1,316 nucleotides of DNA, taken from NCBI RefSeq assembly GCF_003334335.1, contig NZ_QOWQ01000111.1, one strand, 5' to 3'. A program made the position numbers and the translations under genes. Source of the DNA: Escherichia coli. GTDB lineage: Bacteria > Pseudomonadota > Gammaproteobacteria > Enterobacterales > Enterobacteriaceae. Under the pieces are notes generated by a model. It worked only from the letters and a program-made list of their open reading frames with translations. It was not told the DNA's origin and made no database searches. This document shows, piece after piece, positions 1-1,316 of the stretch; within the stretch, counting starts at the first letter, position 1; every line of letters starts with the position of its first letter.

Positions 1-26
1 GAACAGGTCGAAGTAATACCCGCACG

Positions 27-305
27 TTACCTCCAGATGCGTTGCTGGAATGTGCGGGACGGACGCGGTGGGCGTTCAGAGTAAGGAAGCCTGACGGAGA
101 TTATCCAGTGACGATAATCGAGGCTGAGGGTTTTCCTAAACTCATACCCACGTCTGCGGTAGTTCTGAATCAGCCATTCGGCCTGTTCTTCAGTGCATGG
201 GGCGTGCTGGAACCAGTCAGATTTGAATGCATGAGAACGCCGCCCGTGCCTGCTGGCAAAGACGGCTGAATTATCAGAATTGTATAATTTGGTATCGTGC
301 GCCAT
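27..305 (-). CDS. Hypothetical protein, 92 aa from the first ATG (MAHDTKLYNSDNSAVFASRHGRRSHAFKSDW...RIWR); function unknown
   Basis: Longest ORF in the region. The ORF track starts it at TTG 386, but that codon lies inside the hok terminator, so ATG 305..303 is preferred. SD is weak (GAGA) and no family was recognised. Confidence 0.4.
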   Translation of the reverse strand: MAHDTKLYNSDNSAVFASRHGRRSHAFKSDWFQHAPCTEEQAEWLIQNYRRRGYEFRKTLSLDYRHWIISVRLPYSERPPRPSRTFQQRIWR

Positions 306-377
306 CGGTTGTCTCTGCTGGCGCAGCAGGTGCCAGTTGTTCAGGCTGGCGTGCGAATTGTAAACCAGAATGCCAGG

Positions 378-404
378 AAAAAACAAAACCCGCCGAAGCG
401 GGTT
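378..404 (-). terminator. Rho-independent terminator of the hok transcript
   Basis: Minus-strand reading AACCCGC-UUCG-GCGGGUU (404..387), a GC-rich stem with a UUCG tetraloop, followed by UUGUUUUUU (386..378). No T-run follows on the plus strand, so it is unidirectional for the minus strand. Confidence 0.7.
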
Positions 405-407
405 AAG

Positions 408-416
408 TGCGGGTGC
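408..416 (-). promoter_or_regulatory. 3'-UTR block (fbi-like) complementary to the 5' end of the predicted hok mRNA
   Basis: 9-nt perfect complementarity with 792..800, located immediately 5' of the terminator hairpin in the transcript. Consistent with the fold-back-inhibition pairing described for hok mRNAs. Confidence 0.4.
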
Positions 417-472
417 GTTGAGGATGCCTGACTCATCAGAGGTGGCGAGGGATTTCTCCCCCGCCAGGTCTC

Positions 473-628
473 TTACTCCTCAGGTTCGTAAGCTGTGAAG
501 ACAGTGACCTCCGTCTGGCCGGTTCGGATTCGTACCTCGCAGAGGTCTTTCCTCGTTACCAGTGCCGTCACAATGACGGTAATACAGATGACGATCAGGG
601 CGACTAACATCGCCTTTTGCTGCTTCAT
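473..628 (-). CDS. hok: Hok/Gef-family type I toxin, 51 aa (MKQQKAMLVALIVICITVIVTALVTRKDLCEVRIRTGQTEVTVFTAYEPEE)
   Basis: Manual reverse-complement translation from ATG at 628..626 to TAA at 475..473. SD AAGGAG (643..638) lies 9 nt upstream of the ATG. The protein has the Hok-family hallmarks: ~50 aa, N-terminal hydrophobic helix, conserved LCE motif and C-terminal AYE motif. From memory it is closest to the chromosomal E. coli HokD(RelF)/HokC(Gef) subfamily, differing at a few positions. Confidence 0.9.
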   Translation of the reverse strand: MKQQKAMLVALIVICITVIVTALVTRKDLCEVRIRTGQTEVTVFTAYEPEE

Positions 629-685
629 AGCCTGCTTCTCCTTGCCTTTCGGCGTGTAAGAGGCTAACCTACATGTGACTAGCAT
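473..685 (-). CDS. mok: mok-like regulatory reading frame (70 aa), an in-frame N-terminal extension sharing the hok stop codon
   Basis: ORF-track 70-aa frame starting at ATG 685..683, with SD-like GAGG about 8 nt upstream (697..694 on the plus coordinates). The 19-aa extension MLVTCRLASYTPKGKEKQA is translated across the hok SD. This matches, as I recall, the mok/hok arrangement of chromosomal loci such as mokC/hokC, which share a stop codon. Confidence 0.65.
   Translation of the reverse strand: MLVTCRLASYTPKGKEKQAMKQQKAMLVALIVICITVIVTALVTRKDLCEVRIRTGQTEVTVFTAYEPEE
642..670 (+). promoter_or_regulatory. Putative sok promoter (-35 TTGCCT 642..647, 17-bp spacer, -10 TAACCT 665..670)
   Basis: Hexamers read directly from the sequence with canonical 17-bp spacing. 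The promoter sits inside the mok coding region on the opposite strand, as expected for sok. Confidence 0.45.
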
Positions 686-747
686 GAAATTGGCCTCAGA
701 TTAATGTTAAGCGTCCTGCAAGACGCATAATGTTAACTGGGGCTTTT
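677..747 (+). ncRNA. sok: Putative Sok-like antisense RNA (~70 nt) complementary to the mok translation-initiation region
   Basis: Plus-strand promoter-like TTGCCT-N17-TAACCT (642..670) predicts a start near 675..678. The transcript would be antisense to the mok SD/ATG (683..697). It ends in a long imperfect hairpin (693..743) followed by TTTT (744..747). Size and position match the known Sok RNA layout. Ends are approximate. Confidence 0.55.
693..747 (+). terminator. Putative sok RNA terminator hairpin plus U-tract
   Basis: Imperfect inverted repeat 693..715 / 722..743 with core stem gcgtc/gacgc (711..715 / 722..726) and loop ctgcaa, followed by tttt at 744..747. Confidence 0.45.
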
Positions 748-750
748 CTC

Positions 751-785
751 TGTCTGCCTTACGGTGGCATGCCCGAGGCAGACAG
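751..785 (-). promoter_or_regulatory. Structured hok mRNA leader element: 9-bp inverted repeat (751..759 ctgtctgcc / 777..785 ggcagacag) around a 17-nt loop containing the palindrome ggcatgcc
   Basis: Inverted repeat seen directly. It lies in the predicted 5' leader of the hok transcript, where hok mRNAs carry regulatory stems (tac/ucb region). Confidence 0.5.
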
Positions 786-791
786 CCTCAA

Positions 792-800
792 GCACCCGCA
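792..800 (-). promoter_or_regulatory. 5' leader block (tac-like) perfectly complementary to 408..416
   Basis: Plus 792..800 gcacccgca is the exact reverse complement of plus 408..416 tgcgggtgc. At least 792..797 would be transcribed if +1 is near 797. Confidence 0.4.
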
Positions 801-803
801 GCA

Positions 804-831
804 ATTCTACTTAACTCTCGCTTTACCGCAA
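804..831 (-). promoter_or_regulatory. Putative hok/mok mRNA promoter (-35 TTGCGG 831..826, 16-bp spacer, -10 TAGAAT 809..804; predicted +1 near 797)
   Basis: Minus-strand hexamers read from the sequence; TAGAAT is a 5/6 match to TATAAT. The predicted start gives a ~170-nt leader before the hok ATG, in line with known hok mRNAs. The predicted 5' end reads GGGUGCUUGAGGCUGUCUGCC. Confidence 0.4.
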
Positions 832-843
832 ACCGTTTTTACC

Positions 844-865
844 CGATATGGGAATTCCCATATCG
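844..865. repeat. 22-bp perfect palindrome CGATATGGGAATTCCCATATCG centred on an EcoRI site
   Basis: Read directly from the sequence; it is its own reverse complement. It lies between the stop of the 34-aa ORF (874) and the predicted hok -35 (831), about -47 to -68 from the predicted +1. No T-run follows on either strand, so it is not an obvious terminator. Confidence 0.9.
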
Positions 866-873
866 TAATGAAT

Positions 874-978
874 TCAGTTCCCTAGTCGATCCATCAAAAA
901 CACAACCAGGCAGTAAACACCCACAACAGCAATAACAGCCAGCGCACCTTCCATTGCCAGTGAGATATCATCCGACAC
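874..978 (-). CDS. Candidate small hydrophobic protein, 34 aa with a GTG start (MSDDISLAMEGALAVIAVVGVYCLVVFLMDRLGN)
   Basis: Strong SD AAGGAGG (988..982) followed 4 nt later by GTG 978..976; stop TGA 876..874. One predicted transmembrane segment. An alternative ATG at 980 in another frame gives a 28-aa peptide but has a 2-nt spacer. Found by manual translation. Confidence 0.3.
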   Translation of the reverse strand: MSDDISLAMEGALAVIAVVGVYCLVVFLMDRLGN

Positions 979-1013
979 ATTCCCTCCTTTGGTGTTAATC
1001 CCGGCGAACGCTT

Positions 1014-1097
1014 TTACCCACACCGACAAATAACATATACTAAAAAAGCGATAGCCATAGCAACGCCTGTAATTGCAAATGCTTCAGGCCAGATCAT
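1014..1097 (-). CDS. Candidate small hydrophobic protein, 27 aa (MIWPEAFAITGVAMAIAFLVYVICRCG)
   Basis: Textbook RBS: AGGAGG (1110..1105), 7-nt spacer, ATG 1097..1095. The start codon overlaps the stop of the upstream ORF as ATGA, suggesting translational coupling. One predicted transmembrane segment. Below the ORF-track length threshold; found by manual translation. Confidence 0.35.
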   Translation of the reverse strand: MIWPEAFAITGVAMAIAFLVYVICRCG

Positions 1098-1276
1098 TGG
1101 CGCACCTCCTGCGGCGGTTCTGGTAACGGCATCCAGTCGGTTACATTGCGGCTCTGTGTTTCGAAAAATTCATCACCATTACGGACTACATCAAAAAACT
1201 CACCGTCTCGATATTGCGCATAAAGAACGAATGCGCCATCACATAAAATAATTACGTGCTGACCATCATCCGGCAT
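1094..1276 (-). CDS. Hypothetical protein, C-terminal 60 aa from the first Met; the frame stays open to the right window edge, so the gene may be 5'-truncated
   Basis: ORF-track frame with stop TGA at 1096..1094. Translation upstream of ATG 1276 remains open through 1315 (…PVTPDGWISCSER-MPDDGQ…). Contains a duplicated acidic motif, DGEFFDVV / NGDEFFET. No family recognised. Confidence 0.4.
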   Translation of the reverse strand: MPDDGQHVIILCDGAFVLYAQYRDGEFFDVVRNGDEFFETQSRNVTDWMPLPEPPQEVRQ

Positions 1277-1316
1277 TCGCTCACTACAGCTTATCCAACC
1301 ATCCGGAGTTACCGGA

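Noticed and set aside
42-269. 75-aa plus-strand ORF from the six-frame track
   Set aside because: It starts with TTG (42..44) and has no in-frame ATG until near its end, and no SD was seen. It lies entirely antisense to the longer minus-strand ORF, so it is most likely a shadow frame.
306-386. N-terminal extension of the downstream ORF back to TTG at 386 (119-aa version)
   Set aside because: The TTG and first codons coincide with the U-tract and stem of the hok terminator (378..404). A start inside a strong intrinsic terminator is implausible, so ATG 305 is preferred.
629-685. The 70-aa frame as an independent, functionally distinct protein-coding gene
   Set aside because: It is simply Hok with an in-frame 19-aa extension, translated across the hok SD. 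This matches the known mok leader frame that couples hok translation to Sok control.
844-865. The 22-bp palindrome as a rho-independent terminator
   Set aside because: The hairpin would be stable (9-bp stem), but no U/T-run follows on either strand.
852-875. Two EcoRI sites 18 bp apart around a perfect palindrome as a cloning-vector junction
   Set aside because: No polylinker or vector-like sequence is adjacent, and the flanking DNA continues as native-looking coding and regulatory sequence. It cannot be fully excluded without the source record, so it is noted under the palindrome finding.
894-980. Alternative 28-aa frame from ATG 980 (MCRMISHWQWKVRWLLLLLWVFTAWLCF)
   Set aside because: Only 2 nt separate the SD from this ATG, which is too short for efficient initiation. 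The GTG-initiated 34-aa frame (874..978) has better spacing, though neither is proven.
686-1316. relE/relB-like genes upstream of hok, as in the E. coli K-12 relBEF operon
   Set aside because: No ORF resembling RelE or RelB was found; the upstream ORFs are unrelated in sequence as far as I can judge from memory.
1-1316. IS elements, transposon inverted repeats, CRISPR repeats, tRNA or rRNA
   Set aside because: No terminal inverted repeats flanking a transposase-like ORF, no regularly spaced direct repeats, and no tRNA-like or rRNA-like sequence were seen.

Overview
The window is dominated by what looks like an intact hok/mok/sok-type type I toxin-antitoxin locus on the minus strand, a known family rather than a new system. 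It comprises a 51-aa Hok/Gef-family toxin CDS (473..628), an in-frame 70-aa mok-like leader frame (473..685), a putative antisense sok RNA on the plus strand (~677..747) with its own promoter and terminator, a predicted hok promoter (~804..831), structured leader elements, and a strong intrinsic terminator (378..404). Flanking it, all on the minus strand, are a 92-aa ORF of unknown function downstream (27..305), the C-terminal end of an ORF that may enter from the right edge (1094..1276 or beyond), and two very short hydrophobic ORFs with strong ribosome-binding sites (1014..1097 and 874..978) that are the only candidates for something undescribed. A 22-bp perfect palindrome (844..865) lies just upstream of the predicted hok promoter. 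No rRNA, tRNA, CRISPR array or recognisable IS/transposon ends were seen. All homology statements are from memory of Hok-family sequences and hok/sok biology; no database search was possible.
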